In this document: positions 47,441 through 56,707 of the stretch, one piece after another
Position numbering within the stretch: position 1 is the first letter of the stretch
Layout of the letters: every line of letters begins with the position of its first letter
NCBI GenBank assembly: GCA_018362895.1
Contig: JAHALR010000002.1
Coordinates: 400 to 64,399 of the forward strand
DNA: 64,000 nt
DNA from: Clostridium sp.
GTDB taxonomy: Bacteria > Cyanobacteriota > Vampirovibrionia > Gastranaerophilales > Gastranaerophilaceae
Direction of reading: 5' to 3'
Notes under the pieces: generated by a model
Databases searched by the model: none
What the model was told of the DNA's origin: nothing
The model's input: only the letters and a program-made list of their open reading frames with translations
Program-made: the position numbers and the translations under genes

Positions 47441-47944
47441 ATGAGCCCACAGACTCAAGCCGGAATTGACTACTCTAAGGTAGAGGAGATTCTCTCTGCT
47501 TATGAGTACAAAAAGTCAAACTTGATTGCAATTCTGCAAAAAGTACAAGAAGAATTTCGATATTTGCCGCTCGACATTATGACATATATCGGTACAAAAA
47601 TAGAAGGCCTTTCGCCTGCCACAGTATATGGCGTAGCTACTTTTTATGCCCAGTTCAGCTTGCAGCCTAAAGGCAAATATGAAATTAAGGTATGCGACGG
47701 TACAGCATGCCACGTAAGAGGCTCAATGCCTGTGTTGAACGCAATAAAACAAACTCTGACGCTCAAAGACGGTCAGTTCACAACCGACAACGGACTTTTT
47801 TCCCTTGAAACAGTCAGCTGTCTTGGTGCCTGCGGTCTTGCACCTGTTGTTGTTGTGAATGGAAAAGTTTATCCTCAAATGACTGCCGATGCTATTAAGA
47901 TAGTCATCGATACGATTATGAATGAAGAGAGCGAGGGTAAATAA
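47441..47944 (+). CDS. hydC: [FeFe] hydrogenase NuoE-like [2Fe-2S] subunit
   Basis: Start at ATG 47441 after AAGGAG. LIAILQKVQEEF.YLP and C..G.AC...G.....C.G.C cysteine pattern of NuoE/HydC. Confidence 0.9.
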   Translation: MSPQTQAGIDYSKVEEILSAYEYKKSNLIAILQKVQEEFRYLPLDIMTYIGTKIEGLSPATVYGVATFYAQFSLQPKGKYEIKVCDGTACHVRGSMPVLNAIKQTLTLKDGQFTTDNGLFSLETVSCLGACGLAPVVVVNGKVYPQMTADAIKIVIDTIMNEESEGK

Positions 47945-49801
47945 ATGACTACAACTTTGATTGATATAAAAAAAGAACAGGAAAAAGTTAAAGAACAGAT
48001 TAAAGCTCAGGGCCTGAGAGTCCTTGTTTGTGCCGGTACAGGCTGTGTAGCCAACGGTTCTTTAAAGGTTATTGAAAGATTTAAAGAACTCGGCGCAAAT
48101 GTCCGTCCCATGACTCATCAAGACAAGGTTACAATAGTTCCGACAGGATGCCATGGTTTTTGCGAACAAGGAGTGCTTGTTGTTATTCCTGATCTGGATA
48201 TAACATATGTAAAAGTTAAACTTGAAGATGTTGAAGAAATTGTGGAAAGCCACATAAAAGAAGGCAAACCTGTTGAAAGACTTTTGTATGTTGATCCGAA
48301 AACAGAAGAACACGTTTTCAAAAATGAAGAAATCAATTTCTACGCAAAACAAACAAGAACAACTCTTGCAAATTGCGGTGAAATCAATGCTGAATCACTG
48401 GATGAAGCACTAGCCACAGGTGCTTATGAGGCATTGCATAAAGTGCTTGAAAAAGGTGACTCTGAATGGGTTATTGAGGAAATCACAAAATCCGGCTTAA
48501 GAGGCAGAGGCGGCGGCGGCTTCCCTACCGGCATGAAATGGAAATTTACAGCAGCAAATAAAGGCGGGAAAAGCTATGTTGTTTGTAACGGTGACGAAGG
48601 CGACCCGGGTGCATTCATGGACAGAAGCGTTATGGAAGGCGACCCTCACAAATTGCTTGAAGGTATGGCAATTGCCGGCTATGCAATTGGTGCAGATGAA
48701 GCATACATCTATGTAAGAGCAGAATATCCTCTTGCTATCCACAGACTCAGAGTGGCAATCAAAGAAGCAGAAGAAAGAGGATACCTCGGCAAAAATATCA
48801 TGGGGTCTGATTTCAATTTCGAAATCCACATCAAAGAAGGCGCAGGTGCTTTTGTCTGTGGAGAGGAAACAGCTTTGATTGCATCAATTGAAGGCGAAAG
48901 AGGTATGCCGCGTCCAAAACCTCCATTTCCTGCAAACAAAGGTTTGTTTGGCAGACCGACTTTGATTAACAACGTTGAAACCCTTGCAAACGTTGCTCCG
49001 ATTATTTTAAAAGGTGCTGACTGGTTTAGCTCTATGGGTACTGAAAAATCTAAAGGTACAAAAACATTTGCCCTCACAGGTGAAGTGAATAACACGGGTC
49101 TGATAGAAGTTCCAATGGGTACGACTCTCAGAGAAATTGTTTTTGACATAGGCGGTGGAATCAGAGGCGGCAAAAAATTCAAGGCAGTTCAAATAGGCGG
49201 TCCCTCAGGCGGATGTTTGACAGAGGAACACCTTGATTTGCCTATGGATTATGACAACCTTATCGCAGCAGGTGCAATGGTCGGCTCAGGCGGTCTTGTA
49301 GTGATGAACGAAGATACCTGTATTGTCGAGGTTGCAAGATTCTTCATGAACTTTACACAAAATGAATCCTGCGGAAAGTGCGTTCCCTGCCGTGAAGGTA
49401 CAAAAAACATGTTAAAAATCTTAGAAAGAATTGTTAAAGGCAAAGGCGAGATGAAAGACCTTGAAACACTTGAAGAACTTGCAGTTGCCGTAAAAGACGG
49501 TTCGCTTTGCGGACTGGGTAAAACCGCTCCGAATCCTGTTCTTTCTACTTTGAAATATTTTAAAGATGAGTATATCGCTCACATTAAAGACAAGAGATGT
49601 CCTGCCGGTGTTTGTGAAGCAATGAAAGTCATTACAATTGACGAAGAGCTTTGCAAAGGCTGTACAAAATGTGCAAGAAACTGTCCTGTCGGTGCAATTG
49701 AAGGCACAGTGCGCAACCCTCACCACATTGACCAGTCCAAATGTATCAAATGCGGTGCCTGCTTGAACTCTTGTCCGTTTAAGGCTATAAAGCAAAGTTA
49801 A
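47945..49801 (+). CDS. hydB: [FeFe] hydrogenase NuoF-like NADH/FMN subunit
   Basis: N-terminal thioredoxin-like 2Fe-2S region. GLRGRGGGGFPTG.KW, VCNGDEGDPGAF.DR, ESCGKC.PCREG, and two C-terminal CxxCxxCxxxCP ferredoxin motifs. Confidence 0.93.
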   Translation: MTTTLIDIKKEQEKVKEQIKAQGLRVLVCAGTGCVANGSLKVIERFKELGANVRPMTHQDKVTIVPTGCHGFCEQGVLVVIPDLDITYVKVKLEDVEEIVESHIKEGKPVERLLYVDPKTEEHVFKNEEINFYAKQTRTTLANCGEINAESLDEALATGAYEALHKVLEKGDSEWVIEEITKSGLRGRGGGGFPTGMKWKFTAANKGGKSYVVCNGDEGDPGAFMDRSVMEGDPHKLLEGMAIAGYAIGADEAYIYVRAEYPLAIHRLRVAIKEAEERGYLGKNIMGSDFNFEIHIKEGAGAFVCGEETALIASIEGERGMPRPKPPFPANKGLFGRPTLINNVETLANVAPIILKGADWFSSMGTEKSKGTKTFALTGEVNNTGLIEVPMGTTLREIVFDIGGGIRGGKKFKAVQIGGPSGGCLTEEHLDLPMDYDNLIAAGAMVGSGGLVVMNEDTCIVEVARFFMNFTQNESCGKCVPCREGTKNMLKILERIVKGKGEMKDLETLEELAVAVKDGSLCGLGKTAPNPVLSTLKYFKDEYIAHIKDKRCPAGVCEAMKVITIDEELCKGCTKCARNCPVGAIEGTVRNPHHIDQSKCIKCGACLNSCPFKAIKQS

Positions 49802-49835
49802 TTCAGTGACTGAATAAAAAAGAAAGGTTATAAAA

Positions 49836-51620
49836 ATGAGCGATAAAAAAACATTAACAATAAATGGAAAGGTTGTTGAGTTCACAGACGAACCAAACCT
49901 TCTTGAAGTTATACGAAAAGCAGGCTTCCATGTTCCGACTTTTTGCTACCGTCCTGACCTTACTCAGTATGGTGCTTGCAGAATGTGTGTTGTCGAGGTT
50001 GAATATCCTAACGGAAGAAAACTGATTAACTCTTCGTGCACAATGCCTCCCGAAGCGGATATAAAGGTAAAAACCAATACAGAACGTACAAGAAGAATCA
50101 GAAAAACTGTTCTTGAACTTTTACTTGCAAACCATGACAGAGAATGCACCACCTGTGATAAATCAGGCAAATGCGAACTCCAGCAGTATGCTGAAGAATA
50201 CGGTATAAAAGATGTTTCAAAATATGTTCAGTTGAAAAAAGAGAACTATATGCCGATTGATGATTCGAATCCGTCACTTGTTCGTGATCCGAACAAATGT
50301 ATCCTTTGCGGTGCATGTGTCAGAGCATGTGCAGAGTTTCAGGGGCACGCAGTTCTCGGTTTTGCTAACAGAGGCTCAAAAACTGTGGTTCAGCCTATTG
50401 CAGGAAAATCTCTTGCAAGCGTGGATTGTGTATTTTGCGGTCAGTGTCAGGCAGTCTGCCCCACAGGCGCATTAACAATTAAAAACGAAGTTAACCCTGT
50501 TTGGGATTTGATTACAAATCCTGAGAAAAAAGTTCTTGCTCAAATTGCGCCTTCAGTCCGTGTTGCTCTGGGTGAAGAATTTGGCTTGGAACCGGGTGAG
50601 AATACAATCGGACTTATTAATGCAGCATTGAAAGAAATCGGGTTTGATTTGGTCTTTGATACAAACTTCTCGGCTGACCTCACGATTATGGAGGAGGCTC
50701 ACGAGTTTGTTGAAAGAGTAAGCAAAGGTGAAAATCTTCCTTTGTTCACTTCCTGCTGTCCTGCGTGGGTTAGATATTTGGAAACTCAGCATCCTGATAT
50801 GCTCAACCACCTTTCAACCTGTAAATCTCCTCAGGGAATGCTTTCTCCCGTGTTGAGAGAACTTGTTCCGCAGTATTTTGAAGGCTTTACAAAAGAGAAT
50901 ATAAACATTGTTTCAATAATGCCTTGTACGGCTAAAAAAGTTGAGGCTAAACGAGCCCAGCTGAGAAAAGACGACAGGTTTGAAACTGATATTGTTCTTA
51001 CAACTCAAGAACTTGCGAAGATGATTAAAAGCGCAGGCATTGACTTTGGTTCGCTTGAACCCTGTGAAGGTGATTCTCCGTTTGCTCAATATACCGGTGC
51101 AGGCACAATCTTCGGTGCGTCAGGCGGTGTAGCGGAAGCTGCTGTCAGAACAGCTTATGAGTTTGTAACGGGTGAACCTTTATCAGACCTTGATATCAAG
51201 GCTATGAGAGGGGTTGATAAAAGCCACAGATGTAAAGATGTTGAAATCGACATTAAAGGAACAAAAGTTAAGGTCAGAGTTGTGTCAACTTTGAAAGAAG
51301 CTGAAAAATCATTGCAGGAAATTAAAAACGGAACAGCAGATTTTCATATGCTCGAAGTAATGGCCTGCCCGGGCGGATGTATAAACGGCGGCGGTCAGCC
51401 AAGAAGCTGTGATGACTCAAAAATAAAAGAAAAAAGAGCAGCAGGTCTTTACAAAGAAGATAAAGAACTGACATACAGACGTTCAAACGACAACCCGGAT
51501 ATCAAGAAATTGTATAAAGAATATCTTGAGGCACCTGGGGCACACAAAGCTCACGAGCTTTTGCACACAACATATCAGGACAAGTTCAAAGGTTCTTATA
51601 AAGATGTTGTAAAACACTAG
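49836..51620 (+). CDS. hydA: [FeFe] hydrogenase catalytic subunit (multi-cluster, bifurcating-type architecture)
   Basis: N-terminal 2Fe-2S region (CYRPDL...GACRMCVVE) and accessory 4Fe-4S motifs. H-cluster motifs TSCCPAW, MPCTAKK and EVMACPGGCINGGGQP. Confidence 0.95.
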   Translation: MSDKKTLTINGKVVEFTDEPNLLEVIRKAGFHVPTFCYRPDLTQYGACRMCVVEVEYPNGRKLINSSCTMPPEADIKVKTNTERTRRIRKTVLELLLANHDRECTTCDKSGKCELQQYAEEYGIKDVSKYVQLKKENYMPIDDSNPSLVRDPNKCILCGACVRACAEFQGHAVLGFANRGSKTVVQPIAGKSLASVDCVFCGQCQAVCPTGALTIKNEVNPVWDLITNPEKKVLAQIAPSVRVALGEEFGLEPGENTIGLINAALKEIGFDLVFDTNFSADLTIMEEAHEFVERVSKGENLPLFTSCCPAWVRYLETQHPDMLNHLSTCKSPQGMLSPVLRELVPQYFEGFTKENINIVSIMPCTAKKVEAKRAQLRKDDRFETDIVLTTQELAKMIKSAGIDFGSLEPCEGDSPFAQYTGAGTIFGASGGVAEAAVRTAYEFVTGEPLSDLDIKAMRGVDKSHRCKDVEIDIKGTKVKVRVVSTLKEAEKSLQEIKNGTADFHMLEVMACPGGCINGGGQPRSCDDSKIKEKRAAGLYKEDKELTYRRSNDNPDIKKLYKEYLEAPGAHKAHELLHTTYQDKFKGSYKDVVKH

Positions 51621-51624
51621 TAAA

Positions 51625-51656
51625 TAAAAAGAGGGTTAGAAATAACCCTCTTTTTT
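51625..51656. terminator. Bidirectional rho-independent terminator
   Basis: A6-GAGGGTTA(gaaa)TAACCCTC-T6. Confidence 0.75.
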
Positions 51657-52536
51657 ATTCTATGTCGTAAACCTCATCGCAGTTTTTTAGTTCGCCATAT
51701 TTTATTGCTTTTGGGGTTTTGTTTTCGATATATTTTGCAGGCTCGTTATTTTTAAATAACATAGCTTTGAGTGCAGATGGGATTTTATCTTCACCTATTT
51801 CTACATCTTCCATAAAATAGTGTAGAGAATTGTCAGAATTTAGACCCACAAGCTTTTTGCACGATGTTCTCGCATCGTTGACCTCAGACATAAGAATTGT
51901 GCTTCCGTCAGGATTGACTGAGATAATGTCTTTTGTTATTGCTTTTTGTATAGCTATTCCTTGATGTTCGATTGTTTCAGTACCGTTAAGAATTTGTACT
52001 TTAATTGTTCCGTCTGTATATACTTGAGAAATTCTTTTAATTTCACCGTAATCATTTTTTTCAAAAAATGTTGAATTTTTAGGTGAAGGATAAACAATGG
52101 CACTGCCATTTTCTGTTTTTACAAGCTTTGCAGGTGTTTCTGCTGCTTTTTCCATATTTTGTATCATTTCACTTAATGTGGAATTAATATAATTTTTTGC
52201 CTCTTTTGCTTTCATGTGCATTTGAGAAATAACTAAAGGGAACTCTTTTCCTTCTTTTTCTACCGGTCCGAAGTAAAGAGGTGGCATTTCTTTCAAAGCT
52301 TTTTGTGCCAGTCTGGCTGAATGAAAAGCAATGGCACCCAGTCCTGTCAGTGCTGCTGTAATCCCCAGACCTATGTATAGTTTTTTGTTGGACTTTTTGT
52401 TTTTTACCACCGGGGGAATAACCGGGGAGTGTTCTTGGCTTTTAACATGAGTTTCAACTGCACGAGTTGTTCTGTTTTGTGTGTCTAAAACTTGCAAAGT
52501 TCCTTTGAAGGATTGGGCAATAGAGTGTATTTTCAT
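51655..52536 (-). CDS. Hypothetical single-pass membrane protein with an N-terminal MKIHSIAQSFKG tag
   Basis: ORF of 293 aa with one central TM helix (LYIGLGITAALTGLGAIAF). No known domain. Confidence 0.6.
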   Translation of the reverse strand: MKIHSIAQSFKGTLQVLDTQNRTTRAVETHVKSQEHSPVIPPVVKNKKSNKKLYIGLGITAALTGLGAIAFHSARLAQKALKEMPPLYFGPVEKEGKEFPLVISQMHMKAKEAKNYINSTLSEMIQNMEKAAETPAKLVKTENGSAIVYPSPKNSTFFEKNDYGEIKRISQVYTDGTIKVQILNGTETIEHQGIAIQKAITKDIISVNPDGSTILMSEVNDARTSCKKLVGLNSDNSLHYFMEDVEIGEDKIPSALKAMLFKNNEPAKYIENKTPKAIKYGELKNCDEVYDIE

Positions 52537-52615
52537 GTAAAAAGGGTCCTTTTTTTATAAATATAAATATTCTAAATCTAATATTTTGCTATTACAAACA
52601 GAAGAATGTTAACTT

Positions 52616-52644
52616 TTGTAAACTGCTGCAAATCAGGCTATAAT
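52616..52644 (+). promoter_or_regulatory. Candidate sigma-70 promoter (TTGTAA-N17-TATAAT)
   Basis: Hexamers at 52616-52621 and 52639-52644. Would give a leader of about 165 nt before the ATG at 52817. Confidence 0.3.
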
Positions 52645-52816
52645 TCAATTCCGGCATGTGTTTTCATGGTTTTTTCTCTTTTTTAATTTAAAAAGGCAAT
52701 TTTTCAAAACAGAAATTTTTTATATATATACAGGAACGAGGAATCAAAAAGACACAACAAAGTCTTTATCGTTTTAGAGATTACGAGATTTTAAGGAATT
52801 ATTAGGGGACACGAAA

Positions 52817-54025
52817 ATGGGATACGGAGTTAATTTATCAACAGCAGGTTTAAATCCTTGGTCATATTCATTATTTCCGGGTGTCGCAGGTGCTAATGTT
52901 ACATACCCGAGTGATTCCGCATCAGTTTGGAACGATACCAATCTCTTTAGATTTGACAGTGATGCCAACAGACTTTTGTACGGCTCAACTGCTCTTTGTC
53001 AACAGGTGATTCCTGCAATGAACGATTGGTATGCAAGAGTTGCTGAAACTTTCCAAAAAATTATGATGAGCATACAAAGCGGAAATTCAACAATAAATGT
53101 TAATAACAATAATACAAATATTGATCCTTCAACAGGAAAACTCAAAGAAGGTCAAATTATCAAAGAATTGAATAAAATGGGTGCAGGCGCTTCTACAAAA
53201 GACAGAATGGCAGTAGAAGTTACCTTCAAAGATAAAGATGGCAATGAAAAGAAAACCACACTCCTTCGCAGATTGATTTCTTTGACAAAAGAATATCAGG
53301 AACACCCTGACAATTGTGAATTAAGCAAAGAAAACTATGACAAAATCTGGGATATAGCAGGTAAATATGCAAAAACAGGCGATCTTTCAACAGAAGATTA
53401 CAAAACATTGTTAGAAATTGCTAAAAACCCCGGTGCTTCAACAACAGAAGAAAGCTCTGACACTGAAGATGAAACAGATAAAACAGAAACTCCATTCACA
53501 GATGAAAGAAAAGCTAAAACACAGGGTGAAACAGGTGCAGTCTTTAAACAAGGCGTAGATGCAGCAGTTGACGGTTACAGAAACGGTTTGATAGGCTGGG
53601 GTACTGATTATACTCAACTTGATGCAGGTCAGGCAGCTTTGAACTCTGACAACGTAATCGAAGTTTGGGATCAATACTATAAACAAGTCGGCGTAAACCA
53701 CGGTGAAACTCTTGTTGATTCACTTTACAATGACTTTGATGATTGGACTGACGGTATCTTTACAACAGGCGGTGCTTCAAGATTCACAGCAATAGCTGAC
53801 GCACTCCTTGAAAGAGCAAACAACTTGATAGACAAATATGGTGACAAATCAGGCTTGACTCAGGCTGATATAGACAAATTCAAATCTGATTTTGATTCAA
53901 TCAACGATGACAACTATGACAGCAAAAAACAATTCATAAGTGATACATTCAAAAACTTCGTAGCAAAAATCAAACAAGCTGAAGCTCAGCTGGTTAAAAA
54001 CGAAAAAGAACAATCAAAAAAATAA
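52817..54025 (+). CDS. Hypothetical protein with a single annexin-like repeat
   Basis: 402 aa with the RBS AGGGGAcacgaaaATG. The segment NGLIGWGTDYTQL...NSDNVIEVWDQYYK..G...GETLVDSLYNDF resembles the annexin G-x-G-T-D repeat. Confidence 0.65.
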   Translation: MGYGVNLSTAGLNPWSYSLFPGVAGANVTYPSDSASVWNDTNLFRFDSDANRLLYGSTALCQQVIPAMNDWYARVAETFQKIMMSIQSGNSTINVNNNNTNIDPSTGKLKEGQIIKELNKMGAGASTKDRMAVEVTFKDKDGNEKKTTLLRRLISLTKEYQEHPDNCELSKENYDKIWDIAGKYAKTGDLSTEDYKTLLEIAKNPGASTTEESSDTEDETDKTETPFTDERKAKTQGETGAVFKQGVDAAVDGYRNGLIGWGTDYTQLDAGQAALNSDNVIEVWDQYYKQVGVNHGETLVDSLYNDFDDWTDGIFTTGGASRFTAIADALLERANNLIDKYGDKSGLTQADIDKFKSDFDSINDDNYDSKKQFISDTFKNFVAKIKQAEAQLVKNEKEQSKK

Positions 54026-54065
54026 TAATTTATTCCTCGGTTTATAATAGGTATGGTAGGTTTTT

Positions 54066-54093
54066 AAGGGCGCAAGAAGCGCCCTTTCTTTTT
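54066..54093 (+). terminator. Rho-independent terminator
   Basis: AAGGGCGC(aagaa)GCGCCCTT followed by a T-run. Confidence 0.7.
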
Positions 54094-54338
54094 GAAAAAA
54101 TTCCAAAAAAGAAGCCGCTCGACTTACACATCGACCGGCAAAGTTTTCATCATGGAGAAAAGGAGTGGAAGAGAAAGTATAAAGAGAATTGGCTACATTA
54201 ATACAATTCCCTGTGGGTGATTTACAAAACATATAAAAAGTATATATTTACATATTTTAACATTAAAACTTTTTAACCCAAAAACGCTCAAATATGCTAT
54301 ATTAGTTTAGGTATTAGTCAAATATAGAGAGCTGAATT

Positions 54339-55589
54339 ATGGGTCAAACAATTGCGGAAAAAATAATTTCAAAACACGCCGGACATAACGTAAAAGCCGG
54401 TGAACTCTGCATAGCAAAAGTTGATGTAGCTGCCGTGCAAGATGGTACAGGACCTTTGATGGTTCAGGAATTTAAAAAACTGGGCAAGCCTAAACCGGCA
54501 AATCCGCAAAGATGTATTTTGTTTATTGACCACGCTTCGCCAAGCCCCAGAAAAGAGCTCTCAAATACTCATATGGTGCTCAGAGAATTCGCAAAAGAAA
54601 CGGGTGTTGTTTTGTCTGAAACAGGATGCGGCGTTTGCCACCAAAGACTTGTTGAATCTTATGTTAACCCCGCTGAAATTCTTGTGGGTGCAGACTCACA
54701 CACCTGTACTTCCGGTGCATTGGGGGCTTTTGCAACAGGCATGGGCTCTACCGATGTTGCTGTTGCAATGGCAATGGGCAAGACCTGGCTCAAGGTTCCT
54801 TCTACTTTTAAAGTTGTTGTGAACGGCAAATTCCAAAAAGGCGTTTATGCAAAAGATTTGATTCTTCATTTGATAGGTATGATTGGTGCTGACGGTGCTA
54901 CATATAAAGCTTTAGAGTTTCATGGTGAAACAATAGAAAATATGTCTATGGCTGACAGGTTTACTCTTGCTAACATGGCTGTTGAAGCCGGTGCTAAAGC
55001 AGGGCTTTTTATGACAGATGAAAAAACAAAGTCATATTTGAAAGAAAGAGGCAGAGAAGATAAGTTTGTTGAGGTGAAACCTGACCCGGATGCTGTTTAT
55101 GAAAGGGTAATTGAGATTGATGCTTCTGAAATTTTGCCGACAGTTTCTTGTCCTCATACCGTTGACAACACTAAACCTGCAAAGGATTTGAAAGATGTAA
55201 AAATTAATCAGGTGTTCATTGGAACATGTACAAACGGACGTATAGAAGATTTGAGAATTGCTGCTGATATTCTCAAGGGCAGAAAGGTTAATCCTGATGT
55301 AAGACTGATAGTTGTTCCCGCATCAAAAGATGTTTACAAAAAAGCTGTTGAAGAAGGCTTGATTACTATACTTCTTGATTCAGGTGCACAAATACTCGGA
55401 CCGGGCTGTGGTCCTTGTGTTGGGGTTCATGCGGGAATCCTCGGTGACGGAGAAGTTTGTCTTGCTACACAAAACAGAAATTTCCAAGGCAGAATGGGAA
55501 ATACAAAAGGTTTCATCTATCTTTGTTCACCTGCTACGGCTGCATATAGCGCAATCAAAGGCTATATAAGCAATCCGATGGAGCTTTAG
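54339..55589 (+). CDS. Aconitase-family dehydratase large subunit, second LeuC/HacA-type paralog
   Basis: [30 protein letters not shown] and CGPCVG. By eye about 45 percent identical to the 11044..12312 CDS. No small subunit is adjacent. Confidence 0.85.
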   Translation: MGQTIAEKIISKHAGHNVKAGELCIAKVDVAAVQDGTGPLMVQEFKKLGKPKPANPQRCILFIDHASPSPRKELSNTHMVLREFAKETGVVLSETGCGVCHQRLVESYVNPAEILVGADSHTCTSGALGAFATGMGSTDVAVAMAMGKTWLKVPSTFKVVVNGKFQKGVYAKDLILHLIGMIGADGATYKALEFHGETIENMSMADRFTLANMAVEAGAKAGLFMTDEKTKSYLKERGREDKFVEVKPDPDAVYERVIEIDASEILPTVSCPHTVDNTKPAKDLKDVKINQVFIGTCTNGRIEDLRIAADILKGRKVNPDVRLIVVPASKDVYKKAVEEGLITILLDSGAQILGPGCGPCVGVHAGILGDGEVCLATQNRNFQGRMGNTKGFIYLCSPATAAYSAIKGYISNPMEL

Positions 55590-56707
55590 TTTCTAGAAGC
55601 AGCAAGCTGCTGTGTTCGTTTTGATGTCTTATCTGATTTTGCGTTTCCTGCAAGTGTTCCTGCAAGAAGAAGAATCATCGCACCAAAAGAAAGCTTCTTG
55701 TTTTTTGCTGCTTTTTTTATTGTACTGCCAAATTCGGGCAGGAATTTTTTCTGTCTTTTAAAAAAGAGCTTTTGCGCATTTTTATAGAAAATTTTGTCGA
55801 TAAGTTTATCGGCTTCGTCAGGAAAAGCTTTTTTTATTGCTTCTTTTACATCAATGACAACTTTGTTGTATGCTTCAATTGGCTTCAGTCCTTTTTCACC
55901 TTCTTTTCCAAACCTTCCGATAGGTGCGTCAGTACCGAACAGAAGACGTTCGGTCATATCACCTTTTTTTGTGTTTTTGAGTCTTCTTATTGCTTCGATT
56001 ATGTCAGGTTTTTCTGTTGTGTCACAATTAACCCACGAAATATCTGCATAAAGGGTTGCTTTGTTGTTATTGATAGAATCTATCATTATATCCACAGCGG
56101 ATTTTGTGTCTGCTCCGAGATTTCCCCCCATATGTCCCAAAATTACGGGAACTTTAGGCGTTCTTTGTGCAAGTCTGTATATTTGTTCAGGTCTTGAAAA
56201 TTTACATCTCGGGAGTTTTGTTCCGTCAGGAAATATTGTTTCATAGGTCTTGTCAGAGTGGAAGAGACAGGGCAGTTTGTATTTTTCTGCAATCTTCATG
56301 TAATTATTGTATGACGCATCATCTGCTGCGAGTTCCATTCTTCTTGGATGAAATTTGAGACCTATAAACTCATTTGGATTTTCTTTCAACAGCTGTTCGA
56401 TTTTTGAAGTATCGCCTTTTGTTAGATTGGGTTGGCATACAGCCAGCGGTGAGAGCACAGGATGCTTTTTAGTGATTTCAAGAAGCTCTTTGTTTCCCTG
56501 CATCTCGTCAAGAATTCCGTTTGGATCAATGCAGCTCAGGTTTGATACAATCATTTTTTCGATAGTATCTCCGTTTGAGAGCGGTTGTTTGCAAAAAACA
56601 TCCAGATCTTTTATGTCGTATGAATTGTTGTACCATTTACCCAGGTGCGCATGCGCATCAATTATACGGCCTTTGAAGCTCACGGCATTAACCCTTGTGA
56701 CTTTCAT
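55586..56707 (-). CDS. Amidohydrolase-superfamily (TIM-barrel metal hydrolase) protein with an N-terminal MKVTRVNAVSFKG tag and a C-terminal hydrophobic tail
   Basis: The IIDAHAHLG HxH metal motif comes directly after the tag, followed by HPRR, LFHSD, ILGHMGG and FGTDAP strand-end motifs. The C-terminus FGAMILLLAGTLAG is TM-like. Confidence 0.8.
   Translation of the reverse strand: MKVTRVNAVSFKGRIIDAHAHLGKWYNNSYDIKDLDVFCKQPLSNGDTIEKMIVSNLSCIDPNGILDEMQGNKELLEITKKHPVLSPLAVCQPNLTKGDTSKIEQLLKENPNEFIGLKFHPRRMELAADDASYNNYMKIAEKYKLPCLFHSDKTYETIFPDGTKLPRCKFSRPEQIYRLAQRTPKVPVILGHMGGNLGADTKSAVDIMIDSINNNKATLYADISWVNCDTTEKPDIIEAIRRLKNTKKGDMTERLLFGTDAPIGRFGKEGEKGLKPIEAYNKVVIDVKEAIKKAFPDEADKLIDKIFYKNAQKLFFKRQKKFLPEFGSTIKKAAKNKKLSFGAMILLLAGTLAGNAKSDKTSKRTQQLAASRN

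Noticed and set aside
54014-54232. A 72-aa minus-strand ORF and a 22-aa plus-strand ORF (about 54161..54229) in the 313-nt gap before the second leuC-like gene. The gap also contains a hairpin, GCCGcTCGA(8 nt)TCGAcCGGC.
   Set aside because: The minus ORF runs through the terminator hairpin of the upstream gene and has no RBS. The mini-ORF has no leucine-rich leader character. I could not match the region to a T-box or any riboswitch consensus. It is left as unexplained leader DNA.
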